Shown: positions 24,876 to 37,154, counted from the first letter of the stretch. The stretch is 64,000 nt of DNA from Felis catus (GCF_018350175.1 NC_058368.1:26662001-26726000), one strand, 5' to 3'. Numbers and translations are program-made. The notes: generated by a model from the sequence alone, not told the origin.

Positions 24876-25094
24876 GGGTCGCCTGGGTGGCTCAGTCGGT
24901 TGAGCGTCCAACTTCGGCTCAGGTCATGATCTCAGGACTTGTGGGTTCGAGCCCCGCGTCGGACCGTGTGCTGACAGCTCAGAGCCTGGAGCCTGCTTCG
25001 GATTCTGCATCTCTCTCTCTCTCTCTCTGCTCCTCTCCCACTCACTCTGTCTCTCTCTAAAATATAAATAAAAACATTTTTAAAAAACTTCTTA
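24876..25094 (+). mobile_element. Can-SINE
   Basis: 15-bp TSD AAATACCTTG(C/T)TGTG at 24856-24870 and 25095-25109. Confidence 0.95.
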
Positions 25095-26891
25095 AAATAC
25101 CTTGTTGTGCAATAACCAGGGAGCCTCTGCCTCGTACACAAGAACAGTCATGGGTACAGGCACATGTCAACTGCAAAATGTCAGAATACTCTGAAAATGA
25201 ACAAATGCAAAAGATGTGATCAGAAAAACAAGACGCGTGAATTTTGTGAGTTGTTTGGTATCTACTAACAATTTCTCTTTAACTTAAGGAAATGAAAGGG
25301 GGAAAGGGGAAAGTAGGAGGTAAAAGGAGAAAGCTTCTGCCCCTTGTGTCAAGATTTTAGCTCCTGGTGTTTGAATCTAGTGCCTCAAATATAAAGTCAG
25401 TTAGCGTCCTGAAACATCACGCAAGTGGCTGCTGGCTCTTAATTCAGATTTTGGATATGCAGCGTCTATAAAAGTTTAGTTATTCATTTGATTAGCTGGA
25501 GTCATTACATTGACAGACACTATTTATATCTTAGACAAAACTACAGCCTTCAGCACTTTCCTTTGTAGCAAAAGTAAAATATATTAATTTTGGCTTTATT
25601 AATTCATAACACTTAATCATTCTATGTTCATCACCTCTGGCCTAGTAATTATACTTTTGGCATTCACCACTGAGAATATGCTAATAAAATCTTAATGCAA
25701 CTTAAAATAGCATAATGCTGTGTGCAACCTAAAATAACCACTAGTAGGAGATAGTTGTGTAGCCAAAGCCAGCTGTTGACAAAATGTTACGCAGATATGA
25801 AAGGTTATATTTATAAAGCATTTTATAACATGAAAAAAAAATCCTATAAAATTAAGTTTTAAAAGCTCTGTTCTAAATTACACATAAAGTATAAATGCAA
25901 CCAGGCCAAGCCTTCTATGTAGAAAAATTACTGGAAAGAAATATTACTCAGTGTTATCTCTGATTGTGTGTGGGTGCCACAAATATGAGATTTTCTTTTC
26001 ATGATTTTCCCCCCCTAAATTATTTTTATTGTAGTGTATATTCCAAGCCGTCATCATCTCCTGCCTGGACCATTACAATAGCCCCCTAGCCAATCTCTCC
26101 TTTTTCATAATTATATGTTTTGTTCATTATCTATATACTAGCCAGAGTGATCTTCTTAAATAAGTTGGACCTTTCTTAAATTAAGTTGGCTTTCTACTTC
26201 AGTTAGAATAAAATCCAAAATCTCTGACCTGTTGACAATAACCTGTTTGATTGGACCTGCTACACAGGTCCTATTTTACTGAGTACAAATTTAAAGGATT
26301 TCCCATTTCTTCTGAAATTCACCATTATCTTTCTGAAATTAAACTTACATCTTATTTATGCTCTTCAGTTCACTAGATTCCAACTAAACCCTGACTATGA
26401 ATTATATTTAACACTCACAGCTTAGCCGACTTGATAATTTCAGCAACTTTTAGAACATATGTGTATTTCACATTCCACCCACATAAAAATAGGTACAAAT
26501 AAGACAAATCACCTAAAAATGCTGCTAGTAATAGAGACTGAAGTAAGGGAGTATGAATGAATGATTGACAAGATGAATTCATGCTAAGCAGCTTTTTCCT
26601 TACTGATTATATAGGAAGGATGTGCTTTAAGTAGCAAACACTATGATCGTTGAAGAGAGATTAAAACATTTGCTCTAGGAAAGGAGAAGTTCATTATCAT
26701 TTACTGAGTTCTTGAGTTATCTACCTATGGTAGATAATTAATATTCGTCACCTCACTTAAGTCTGGAAGTGTTAGTAAACACCTGATACAAGGAAAACAA
26801 AACCTGCCAAGTAGCAGTCTGAAATAAACTGAATCTTTTCCTTTGTTCCAGTTTAGCAGGTCTCCCTGGGTAGAAATTAAAACGGCTAGAT

Positions 26892-27217
26892 CAGTGTTGT
26901 CTAATAGGAAAATAATGCAAGCCACACAGGTAATTTTAAATTTCTGGTAGCTGCATTACAAAAGTAAAAGTGAAACAAGTGAAATTAATGTTAATAATAT
27001 ATTTTATTTAACCTAATTTACCTAAATATCAATATTTAAATATGTAATCAATATAAAAATTATTAACAAGATATTTTACTTTTTTTGTCCTAAGTCTCCA
27101 AATTCCACCGTGCATTTTGTATTACAACTTGACTCCAACTTACATGGACTTGAACTAGTCCATGTCAAGCATTCAGTAGCCATCCATGGCTAGGGGCCAC
27201 CGTGTTGGACAGCATAG
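26892..27217. mobile_element. MER33-like hAT-Charlie MITE
   Basis: CAGTGTTGTCTAATAG ... GTGTTGGACAGCATAG termini, AT-rich interior (GAAATTAATGTTAATAATATTTTATTTAACC), length about 325 bp as expected. Confidence 0.8.
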
Positions 27218-28073
27218 AGCTCAATAATAATCCCAGAGGAGAAAGTAACCAAAGAGCAGAGAGTCTACGTTTAGTTTTCTGGGTGGCTCATGAGGCAAAG
27301 TGTCACTGCTTCTCTGGGATTGGTTGCCTTCAGATTTTGAGACACCAAAGCTGGGAAGTCTGCATTCAAACAGTCGGAAATGGGTTATGCAAGATCCCAG
27401 CCAGCCAAAGGTCAATCAATAGATGTGGTTGCACACCGTTGAAACTTGGCAAGATTTCTCTTTGCCATCCAAACAAGTCTGCAATCCAGCATGGATGAGA
27501 ATAAGAGGCGTTTATTGCTTCATCAGCCACACTGATCTTTAGTTAGGATGGCATGATGATTGATTATTTAAACAGAGAGGCTTTGAGAGGGAAAAGAGGT
27601 ACGCTTAATAATTACCTTAGGACACTAGGCATAATATGAGACTGTTTCTGCTGGCAGATGAGGACACAGGGTCACTCTACCTTTACTCAGCGTTTTTACC
27701 TCTTAAAACAACCGGAGTTCCGGCCAGTAGGCACACACTTCTTCAGAATCTATGTAACTCTATGAACAGGAGCTAGATCCCACAGAAGCCCGGCACACAA
27801 AACCCTAATTTTCCCCTATAGAAGTCGAGGTCTCATCCCAAGAACCAGCATCAGAAAGGGTCTTTTACACGCATCTCTAATAACATTGCTTTGATGCAAT
27901 TTGCAAGCTTCCTGTTTTGCAATTTTCCACTCTGGGTCTTGCTTCAATTGGGGTTTTAATGAGAAATGGCTGTTGTCAGCTGAATGGAGCTTCTTCTTGG
28001 TAGGGTCTCCCAAGGACACTATAGGACCAGTAAACAAAGCTGTGCATGCGGGTGGCCAGGAGAGGGTGGGTTT

Positions 28074-28268
28074 TGTGCGTGTGCATGTGTGTGTGTGCAC
28101 GTGTGTGTATGTGTTTGGCTCTTTTCTTTTTCCTTTCCTTTCCTTTCCTTTCCTTTCCTTTCCTTTCCTTTCCTTTCCTTTCCTTTCCTTCCCTTCCCTT
28201 CCCTTCCCTTCCCTTCCCTTCCTTCCCTTCCCTTTCTTCTCCTCTCCTCTCCTCTTTCTCTTTCTCCT
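28074..28268. repeat. Alternating RY tract (28074-28114) plus compound (TTTCC)n(TTCCC)n(TCTCC)n pyrimidine tract (28119-28268)
   Basis: Seen directly. Confidence 0.97.
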
Positions 28269-28809
28269 ATATAAAAAAAGAAATAGAATAATCAGCAATG
28301 ACAGCTGAGAGAAATGTTTCACAGAAAGTAACAGATGGCTCAAAGCCACCTTCATTTCGGAGTAAGAAGGAGAAGCCCATGGGCCTGGAAAATTGAAGGT
28401 TTGGAAACTAATTTTGTTTGACTCTTTAATCCATTTCGAACATGGGCCCCAAAATGGAAGATTAAGGGATTTTACTTTTGCTGCTGAGTATATTCAGCTC
28501 AGAAGGGTAAAAGACCCAGACATAGGATGTCTGTGGGTGGAAGAGCAGGAGAAACAGGAGAAACTTATCTTTATTAGCGCCAAGGTAGTTGGATAAAATT
28601 CTCAAAGTGGAGTTTTGTTATTGTTGCTGTTTATGTTAAGATGGAAGTGTTTCACAAAAGTGGAGGACACTGGGCTAACAAGGGAGGCTATGTTTCATAC
28701 AGAAACTACAGGTCAGATTACTCAGAGCAAAAAGGCATAAAGATTTAGAGGTTGCTCATTTAGTATGAGCACCATAGCAAAAGTAACAAAAAGCACAAAA
28801 GACTCGAGT

Positions 28810-29520
28810 CCATTCAGTCATTCATCAAATATTTACTGAGGACCTACTATGTGGCAGGCAGTGTTTTCTTTTAGGTTTGGGGATCAGCTGTGAACAAGGT
28901 GGAGAAGTACTCTGTCCTCTATATTACAGCCCAGGAAACTGACAACAGAGAAGTAAACGGATAGTAAGATAATTTCAGATATGCATTAACATGTGACGAA
29001 AATGTGAAAGGGTGCTATTGGGAGAAAGATCAGTAGGATGGAAGGGGGGTACTTCAAATAGCGTGGCCTTCTCAGAGGAGGTGGTATCTAATCTGAAACC
29101 TGGATGGTAAGAAGGAGCCTTCCAGATGGTAGGAATAGTGTGTAGCCTACTATGTGGCAGGCATTATTCTAGGTACTAGGGATATAGCGTGGGCAAATCA
29201 GGCACAGTTCTTGTCCTTCTAGAAGTTACATTTTTACGGGGGTAGAAAATTAAGTAAGGGCTGACTAGAAGAACGAGGGTGCTAGGGTAGAAAAACCATC
29301 AGGGAAGGTGATACATGGCTCAGAGAAGCTTTCACTGGGAAGTTGACATTTGAGCAAGGACTTAGGGAGGCAAGGGAGTGAGCCGTGCAAAAGTATGGGG
29401 GAAGACAAATGTTCTGGATGGAGGGTTCAGCCAGTGCAAAGGCCTTAAGCAAGAAATCTGTGCAGCTTATTTGAGAAAGAGCAAGGAGACCAATGAGGCT
29501 AGAGTTTACCCCTGAAAAGG
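28810..29520 (-). mobile_element. Two adjacent LINE-2 3' fragments
   Basis: CATTCAGTCATTCATCAAATATTTACTGAGGACCTACTATGTGGCAGGCA (L2 3' terminus, reverse) and a second such segment from about 29146. Confidence 0.7.
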
Positions 29521-29696
29521 ACAAGAACAATTTTTACTTACTAGTTAATATCAGATGTGTGCCTTGAAGGTGGAGAGTCTTTAAAGCCCAGAACTATTAT
29601 ACCTGCTGCCCAGAGAAACTCTTTCTCTGACAGTGGAAGGCCTATGCCTAGCTCAGGGGAGAGAACACTCACTTTAGGTAATACCCTTTCATTTTC

Positions 29697-29735
29697 TTTC
29701 TTTCTTTTTTTTTTTTTTTTAATATTTATTTATTT

Positions 29736-29783
<48 letters not shown>

Positions 29784-29900
29784 CCTAAGCAGACTCTGAG
29801 CTATTAGCTCAGAGCCTGATGTGGGCCTTGAACTCACAAACCTGACCTGAGCTGAAATCAGCAGTCAGACACTTAACTGATTGAGCCACCCAGGTACCTG
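29697..29900 (-). mobile_element. Older Can-SINE with expanded (GA)n
   Basis: T tail, long (GA)n run, SINE body; TTTCATTTTC flanks. Confidence 0.9.
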
Positions 29901-30010
29901 TCATTTCATTTTCATATATCCCTCACATACTTCAAATTTCACAATTCTTTCCAAATATATTATAAACTCTACAATATAAAACGTGTTCAGAGGTAATTTG
30001 CTTCAATATT

Positions 30011-30067
30011 TTCTTTTTTTTTTTTTTAACACTTATTTGTGTATTTTGAGAGAGAGAGCAGGGTAGG

Positions 30068-30114
<47 letters not shown>

Positions 30115-30143
30115 CCCAAGCCAGCTCCACACTGTCAGAGCAC
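30011..30143 (-). mobile_element. 5'-truncated Can-SINE with (GA)n
   Basis: T tail, (GA)n, GAATCCCAAGC...CTGTCAG; head missing. Confidence 0.85.
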
Positions 30144-30720
30144 TTCTTCTTCCCATCTTCTGTGTTATTGCTATGGTCAATTTTTCTTCTACATATTATC
30201 AACCCCACAATACACTGCTATTAATTTTGCTTTAAATAATCACTTGTCTCTTAAATAGAATAAACATAGTAATTATTTCTGACACTTTTCATTTTTTAAT
30301 GTAGATCTAAATTTTCACATAATACCATGTCTTTGGTATTCAACTTCTCTTTTTATACTATAGAACCCCTGGCAATGAATCCTCTCAACTTTTCTTTAAA
30401 AAAAAAGTATTTATTTTCCCTTAATTCTTCAAAGACTTTTTCCTGGGTGTAGAGTTCTACTTAGATTTTTCATTTTTTTTCTCCTGGTGTTTCAATCCAT
30501 GGTCCACTAAGGCTTGTATAGATACTGAAAAGAATTCTGCTATAATTCTTATATCTGACCCTCGTTACATAATGTCTTTTTCCTCTTGCTGCTTTTAAGA
30601 TTCTCCTTGAACAGTGATGTTCTGAAATTCAATTGCAGTATGCCTTTATGACTTTTTGTGTCTTTTTTTAGGTTTATTCTGCTGTAGCCACTAAGCTGCT
30701 TTTACCATTATATTATTTTT

Positions 30721-30938
30721 ATTTTTTTTTTCAATGTTTTTTTATTTATTTTTGGGACAGAGAGAGACAGAGCATGAACGGGGGAGGGGCAGAGAGAGAG
30801 GGAGACACAGAATCGGAAACAGGCTCCAGGCTCCGAGCCATCAGCCCAGAGCCTGACGCGGGGCTCGAACTCACGGACCGCGAGATCGTGACCTGGCTGA
30901 AGTCGGACGCTTAACCGACTGCGCCACCCAGGCGCCCC
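30721..30938 (-). mobile_element. Young SINEC_Fc
   Basis: CpG-rich full copy; TSD CCATTA(T/C)ATTATTTTT at 30705-30720 and 30940-30955. Confidence 0.97.
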
Positions 30939-31469
30939 CCCATTACATTATTTTTTAAACTGATCCACCATATCTTAATTTCTCATCTCATACCTTTTTT
31001 TTCCGAGTAATCAAATATTTTTATTATTTTATTTCCCCCAATCATTTGTTAGTTACCATTCAAGTGATTAGAGATTTGCAATATGCACATTAAACTTATT
31101 AGTCTATAATAAAATTAGCATTTCCCAGATGATGCAAGAAACTTAGAATATTTTAAATTCATTTACTCCCTACTGTCTCTTGTGTTGTTTGCATATACGT
31201 CAATTCTGCCTGTATTTTCAACCCCACAAGGTATTATCTTTATATTATTGCTTCATTTTGTTGTTTTATACAAGTCACTATATTTACTCACATATTTACC
31301 CTTTCCAGTGTTCTTCCCATCTTTGTGCACTGCTTTGATTTCATTTAAAAACATTTTTCTTCTTCCTGAAGAATTATTTTAAATATTTATTATTGTGTAC
31401 TTATGCTGGTACTTAATTCTCTAAGCTTTTGTTCGTATGAAAACAATCTTTATTTTCCGTTCATTTTTT

Positions 31470-31680
31470 TTTTCAACGTTTTTTAATTTATTTTTGGGAC
31501 AGAGAGAGACAGAGCATGAACGGGGGAGGGACAGAGAGAGAGGGAGACACAGAATCGGAAACAGGCTCCAGGCTCTGAGCCATCAGCCCAGAGCCCGACG
31601 CGGGGCTCGAACTCACGGACCGCGAGATCGTGACCTGGTTGAAGTCGGACGCTCAACCGACTGCGCCACCCAGGCGCCCC
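31470..31680 (-). mobile_element. Young SINEC_Fc
   Basis: 19-bp TSD TATTTTCCGTTCATTTTTT at 31451-31469 and 31686-31704. Confidence 0.97.
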
Positions 31681-33651
31681 GAGTGTATTTTCCGTTCATT
31701 TTTTGAGTAATATTTTCACTCAAATATAGTATGCTAGATTGCCAGTTATTTTATTTCAGCACTGTTTAGATGCTACCCAATTGTCCTCTTGACTTCTATC
31801 ATTTCTGTTGAGAAGCAATTTGTAATTGACATTGACTTTGAAAGTAATGTCTTTTTTTGACTTTGAGTTGACTTTGAAAGTAATGTCTTTTTTTCCCCAT
31901 CTACATTTAAATTATGTTAGTTTTTGCTTTTATCTATAGCAGTTTGGATACATTCTACCTCGGATGGGTTTTTTTGTGTTTAATAATTTTAGGATTCTTA
32001 GAGGTTTTTGAACATGGCTTGATATGTTTCATCAGGTTTTGGAAATTCTCAGTCATTATTTCTTCAAATATTGCTCCTGTGCTATTTCCCATTTCTTTCT
32101 CCTCTATTTTTGTAAACCCTATCACAAGTGTTAGCATTTTTTTCTCTTTTTTTTTTATACCTGTATTTTGGTATTTATATACCCTTACACACTCTCTGTA
32201 TTTTTGGTCTTCTTTTCTTTCTGTGGTTCAGTCTGAATTTTCCTTCACTTTCCCATTTTTCAGTTCACTAATTTCTTCTTCTGTTCTAATTTTCTATTAA
32301 GTCCATCTATTGAATTATTAATCTAAAATACCTTATTTTTTAATTTCACAATACATATCAGATTCTTTATTTAAGGATTCCAGTTTCCTATTCTCCAGCT
32401 TGTATCAGTTTTTCCAAAAGTACTGTTTACAGTTAATCTGAAGTCTCTTTCAGAAAACTCCATTATCTGGGTTGCCTCTGGATCCATTTCAATTATTTTA
32501 TTTTAGTCTTCAGGCATGTCCAGTAATTTTCAATTGAGTAACTGGTATTAACTATGAAAAACTGTAGAGGCTCTCGTGATATTATTTTCTTCCATAAAAT
32601 GTTTACTTTTCTTCTGGCAGGCAATTGGAGTAGGAGCATGTAACCTTGATTCAATGGGTATTGTGAGAAATCAAGGTGGAATTTTAGTATTTTTTGAGGG
32701 CTTGTCTATTTCTAGTCTGTCTTTACTTTCCGCATGTAGTTCTTCATGGGTCTCAATTCAAAGAGTAGAATGGTCGTCATTGCCGCTCATCCTTGGTTGG
32801 GACGTGAACTCCCATTTGTGCCTCCCCAGCACCATGATATCCACAAAAGTTTGCTAGGCTATTCACCTCTTTTGTGTGTCGTTATGGTTGCCTTCTAAAC
32901 TTTTCACTTTTCACAGTTGTGCAATGGCAAAATGTCTCAAGGGGGAAAGCAACAGAGAATGTCAAATAGTCCCATTGCATCTTCTTTCCTTCCAGAATAT
33001 TTATCCCCAACCCTTTCTCCCCCTTGATTGTTCTCTAGTGCCTTCAAATTGCTACATTTTAGTATTTGTGCAGCTTTCAATGATGTTATCAGAGGGAGAG
33101 TCGATTTGACATAAACTATTCTGATTCTGAAATATGTAGACTAATGTAATTTTAATTTTTTTCTAAATATAATTTTGATGAAAACAATTATTTAGATATC
33201 AAAGAATCATTATGTTTCTGCCAAGTAAAATAACAACATGAAGCCAGGACACCTATTACTTGACAACCACATTTTTCAAGAATGACTGCATTGTAGTCAT
33301 GCTGGAAAGCGAGCGATAGGAGGAGAGAAATAAACCATGAGATCATATTACCAGCAGAATGTTAGTTGAAACCAAAGGGAAAGATACTGGAAAACAAGTT
33401 CTGCAATGTCAGTGTGGGTGTATGTAGGAGGAAGAGAACCATTAATAGCCTATTTATTTTTAGAATGTATCTTTTTCATTCTAAAAATATGGCCGTTTAT
33501 CAGGTAGCACTATGATCTTTCAGTATAACTTGATAAAAGAAGTTGATTGAAAGGCAGGTGATATTAATTATTCTGTGCCTGCTGAAATTTTGAAAATAAG
33601 GTGGCAGGACTGAGTGTCTCCCTTTCCTCAGCCATTAAAAAAATCACAGCT

Positions 33652-33871
33652 GGGGCTCCTGGGTGGCTCAGTCTGTTAAGCGTCCGACTTCGGCTCAGGT
33701 CACGATCTCGCGGTCCATGAGTTCGAGCCCCACGTCGGGCTCTGTGCTGACAGCTCAGAGCCTGGAGCCTGTTTCAGATCCTGTGTCTCCCTCTCTCTCT
33801 GCCCCTCCCCCGTTCATGCTCTGTCTCTCTCTGTCTCAAAAATAAATAAACGTTAAATTTTTTTTTTTTTT
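33652..33871 (+). mobile_element. Can-SINE (SINEC_Fc-type) with a T run in the tail
   Basis: TSD AAAAATCACAGCT at 33639-33651 and 33872-33884. Confidence 0.96.
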
Positions 33872-34719
33872 AAAAATCACAGCTGCATCGGTTATACGCG
33901 AGACAGCACAACATGGTAATATCGGTGGAAAAGCACTATTCTGTGCCCAATCTATAGCCAGAGCCGTTATGGAAATGAGTGAATGAGGGAAAAAATGAAC
34001 AAATACAAACTTCTTCAGCGAACTTCTGACCTGTCCTCCCACAATAAAAATGCTAAACCACTGGAGAACGATGTCACAGTTTACCAAACAGGTGATACTA
34101 GAGAGTATACAGAAGAAATCCAAGAGGAGAGGAGAGGAATGAGAAGGGTCTCGGAATCATAGTCTAGGAATCATCGTAATCAAGATTCAAATTCCTGAGT
34201 TCTGTCACTTCTTAACTATGTGGTCTTAGTCGTGTTGCCTGAGTCTCTGATTTTTCATTTGTAAAATGCAACGCTGTTGCACAGGTTAGAATTATCCTAG
34301 CAAAATGACAGACATAAAGAGAATCTCAATAAGTAATTGGTAGTCTCGTTATCTCTTTCTCAAAATCACCAGGATAACAATGTATATTTGATTACCCGTT
34401 GTCGTGTAATCTTTACACGGAAGACAATTTGCCTTAGAGATTCCTTCAGAATTCCTTCAATGTTTATATTAAAAGAGCCATGTAAAATTAGCAAAGGGTT
34501 AGCTAATGATAGCTTAGAAGAGTTCATAATAATCATCCCCGGAGCTTTTAGTAATTTCACGTGGAGAAAAGAAACAAACACTATACGGTTGAGAAAAAAG
34601 GAAATCAAAGGAAGGCCTTTGTCATTATGATTTGTTTTCCATTTATCATTTGAATACAATTAGAATTCAATATAGGCTTCTTTGTCCTCGGTGACTGGAA
34701 ACACAAAATTAATTTGTGG

Positions 34720-35620
34720 CACAACGACCTTGACGCTGATCAGCATACTCCTTCTGGTACCACAACTTTGATGATTCTTCATACACAAGAACATCTACTT
34801 TATTGACTTTACCACCACTGTTCATCACCTCCTTCATGTCCTCAACTTACTGCCTCACTAAGGTTAGGATCCTTGGTCCACTCATAATCACTCTATCTCC
34901 CACTCAATTTCCTTGCTCCTTCCCCTTCCATTATGAAGGCATAGAACAACATCAACCTCTGGAGCACCCTGGTGGCTCAGTCAGTTGAGCATCCAACTTT
35001 GGCCCAGGTCATGATCTCATGGTTCATGAGTTTGAGCCCCACATTGGGCTCACTGGTGTCAGCCTCCCGGCAGCCCACTTCAAATCCTCTGTCCCCCTTT
35101 CTCTGTCTCTCCCCTTCTGGTACTCTCCCCCCCCCCCCCGCCCCAGAAAAACCATCAACTTTCTCACTATTGCCCCATTCCTCTTTATAGAAAAACTTGA
35201 GTGCTGTTTCCTTGTTCTCCCTCCTCCCCTTGCACTCACTCCCTAGTAAGCCCACTCCAAGCAACCAGACCTGTGCACATCACTCCTCTCAAACTGCTTA
35301 TATCCAAGGCATCAACTCCAGGAGTCAATGCCACATCTTCATCTTACTCAGCAGCACGTTGAGTGATAATTCCCTACTTAAAAAAAAAACTCCTTTAATT
35401 GGCTACAGGGACACATAATTGCCCATAATTGTCCCAGACTTCGCAGGTTGCTCTTCCTCAGACTCCTCTGAGACTCTCCCTCCTCCTTTCCTTTTCCTGA
35501 TTTCTCAATGTTGCAGTCCACCGGGACAAGTCCTCAGAGTCTTCTTTATCCACATCCACTCTCTTGATCATCTCATCCAGACTGTGGCTTAAAATAGCAT
35601 CTACGTGGTTCATCTGAGAT
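34720..35620 (+). mobile_element. LINE-2 fragment interrupted by a SINE
   Basis: Pyrimidine-rich L2 motifs (CAAACTGCTTATATCCAAGG...TCATCTTACTCAGCAGCAC...TCTCATCCAGACTGTGGCTTAAAATAGCATCTA). Confidence 0.6.
34961..35148 (+). mobile_element. Older Can-SINE
   Basis: GGTGGCTCAGTCAGTTGAGCATCCAACTTTGGCCCAGGTCATGATCTC head; C run replaces part of the CT tract. Confidence 0.88.
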
Positions 35621-35622
35621 TC

Positions 35623-36113
35623 TGTGATAGGCTGAATAGTGTCTTTCAAAGATATCCTGGCACAAGTCCTTGGTGTCTGTAGACGTTACCTTAATTGGCC
35701 GAAAGGACTTTGCAAATGTGATGAAATTTAGGATCTTCCTATGGGAAGACTGATCAGGGTGTTCAGGTGGGCCCTAAATGTAACCACGAGTGCCTATATA
35801 AGAGGGAGGCAAAGGAAGATTTGACTACAGAGACAGAAGGCAATGTGATGGCAGGAGAAAGATGCTATGCTGCTGGCTTTGAAGATGGAGGAGAGGGCCA
35901 CTAGCCAACGAATGCAGGGACTGCAGCTCTGAGAGCTGGAAAAGCAAGGAAATGAATTCTCCCCTAGAGCCTCTGAAAGAATGTGGCTTTCCTTTCAACT
36001 CAGTGAGACCATTTGGACTTCTGGCCTCCAGAACTGTAAGAGTAGAAATTTGTGTGGCTTCAAGCCATCAAGTTTGTGACAATTCATTATAGCAGCCTTA
36101 GGGAACAGTTACA
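35623..36113 (+). mobile_element. MaLR solo LTR (MLT1D-like)
   Basis: TGTGATAGGCTGAATA...GGACTTTGCAAATGTGAT...GCTGGCTTTGAAGATGGAGG...GGACTTCTGGCCTCCAGAACTGTAAGA...GCAGCCTTAGGGAACAGTTACA. Confidence 0.88.
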
Positions 36114-36219
36114 CTTTATTCTTTATATTTTAACATCTTTGAGCTCAGGAGGCATCTAACAATCATCGTGGCAGAATTGTTGTCAGCCAGACAGAAGTTG
36201 TGACCTGGTTCGAAAAACT

Positions 36220-36585
36220 GGGTACTGTTAAGTACATCCACATTGTTGTGCAGCCAATCTCTAGGACTCTCCATCTTGCAAAACTGAAACTGTATCTTTA
36301 TTAAACAAGTCTCCACTGCCCTCTCCTCCCAGCCCCTAGCAACCACCCTACTACTTCCTGTCTCTATGAATTTGACTACTCTAGGGACTTCATGTAAATG
36401 GAAACACACTGCTTTTGTCTTCTCATGACTGGCTTATTTTACTTAGTGTGGTATCATCAGGGTTCATCCATGTTGTAGCATGTGTCTGAGTTGCCTTTCT
36501 CTTTAAGACTGAATAATACTCCATTGCATATATACCACATTTTGCTTGTCCATTGGCCTGTCAATGGACATTTCGTTTGGTCTCC
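36220..36585 (-). mobile_element. L1MB-like 3' region
   Basis: CAGCCCCTAGCAACCACCCTACTACTTCCTGTCTCTATGAATTTGACTACTCTAGG...GGTTCATCCATGTTGTAGCATG. Confidence 0.8.
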
Positions 36586-36589
36586 CCAT

Positions 36590-37095
36590 GGCTTTTCATC
36601 ATGCTTGCAATAAAATCTGAAGTCCTTACGGTGCCTTACAAGACCTTTTATGATCTGGGCCTTTAGCCATCACCTTGGCCTCTTTGCCTATTTAGCTTCT
36701 CCTCACTGTGCTCCAACCACCCCAGCCTCCATCACACCCTTGCTGTTTCCTCTTTTCCCAGGACTCCTCTGTGCATAGCCCACATGGCTCCTCTCTCTCT
36801 TCCGTAGGGCTCCCTTCAAACGTCCCTTCGGAGAAGGCACTCCCCGGACCACTGCATCTAAAGCAGGGCTGCTTCTGCCTGCCCTGCAATTGTGTGGTGC
36901 TGACTCATGTTCCTCCAGAGCTTACTGTCTGACATTATTTGAGCTTTTATGAGTTAATTTATTATCTGTCTCCCAACCAGAATAAAACACCAAGAGGGCA
37001 GGGATTTTGTGTCATTAAATGTTGAATCCCGAGTGCCTAAAATAGGAAATAGCACATACTAGAAATTCAATAAGTGATCTAGAACATTGAATGCA
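36590..37095 (+). mobile_element. LINE-2 3' fragment
   Basis: AATAAAATCTGAAGTCCTTAC...ATGATCTGGGC...GAGGGCAGGGATTTTGT...AATTCAATAAG. Confidence 0.7.
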
Positions 37096-37154
37096 GTCAA
37101 AGAGATCAGATTCAGTGATTCACTTTCAGAGTATTTTAAGCTTTTCAGTGAAAA

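Larger units (their letters stand above)
29905..33110 (-). mobile_element. Old L1M fragments (ORF1 region), antisense, with SINE insertions
   Basis: ORF 31955-32137 (-) contains IFEEIMTENFQNLMK...KKTHPR, homologous to the L1 ORF1p motif FEEIxxENFPNL; T-rich plus strand throughout. Confidence 0.7.

Noticed and set aside
27816..28355. 179-aa Lys/Arg/Gly/Glu-rich ORF and its antisense Phe/Pro/Ser-rich ORFs
   Set aside because: Artefacts of the stop-free pentamer microsatellite
28843..29163. Exact 18-bp direct repeat CCTACTATGTGGCAGGCA about 300 bp apart
   Set aside because: Corresponds to the conserved 3' motif of two neighbouring L2 fragments; only two copies, not an array or TSD
34337..34659. 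Overlapping 97-aa ORFs on both strands in AT-rich unique DNA
   Set aside because: TTG starts, no recognisable product, no convincing splice sites; could be revisited if conserved
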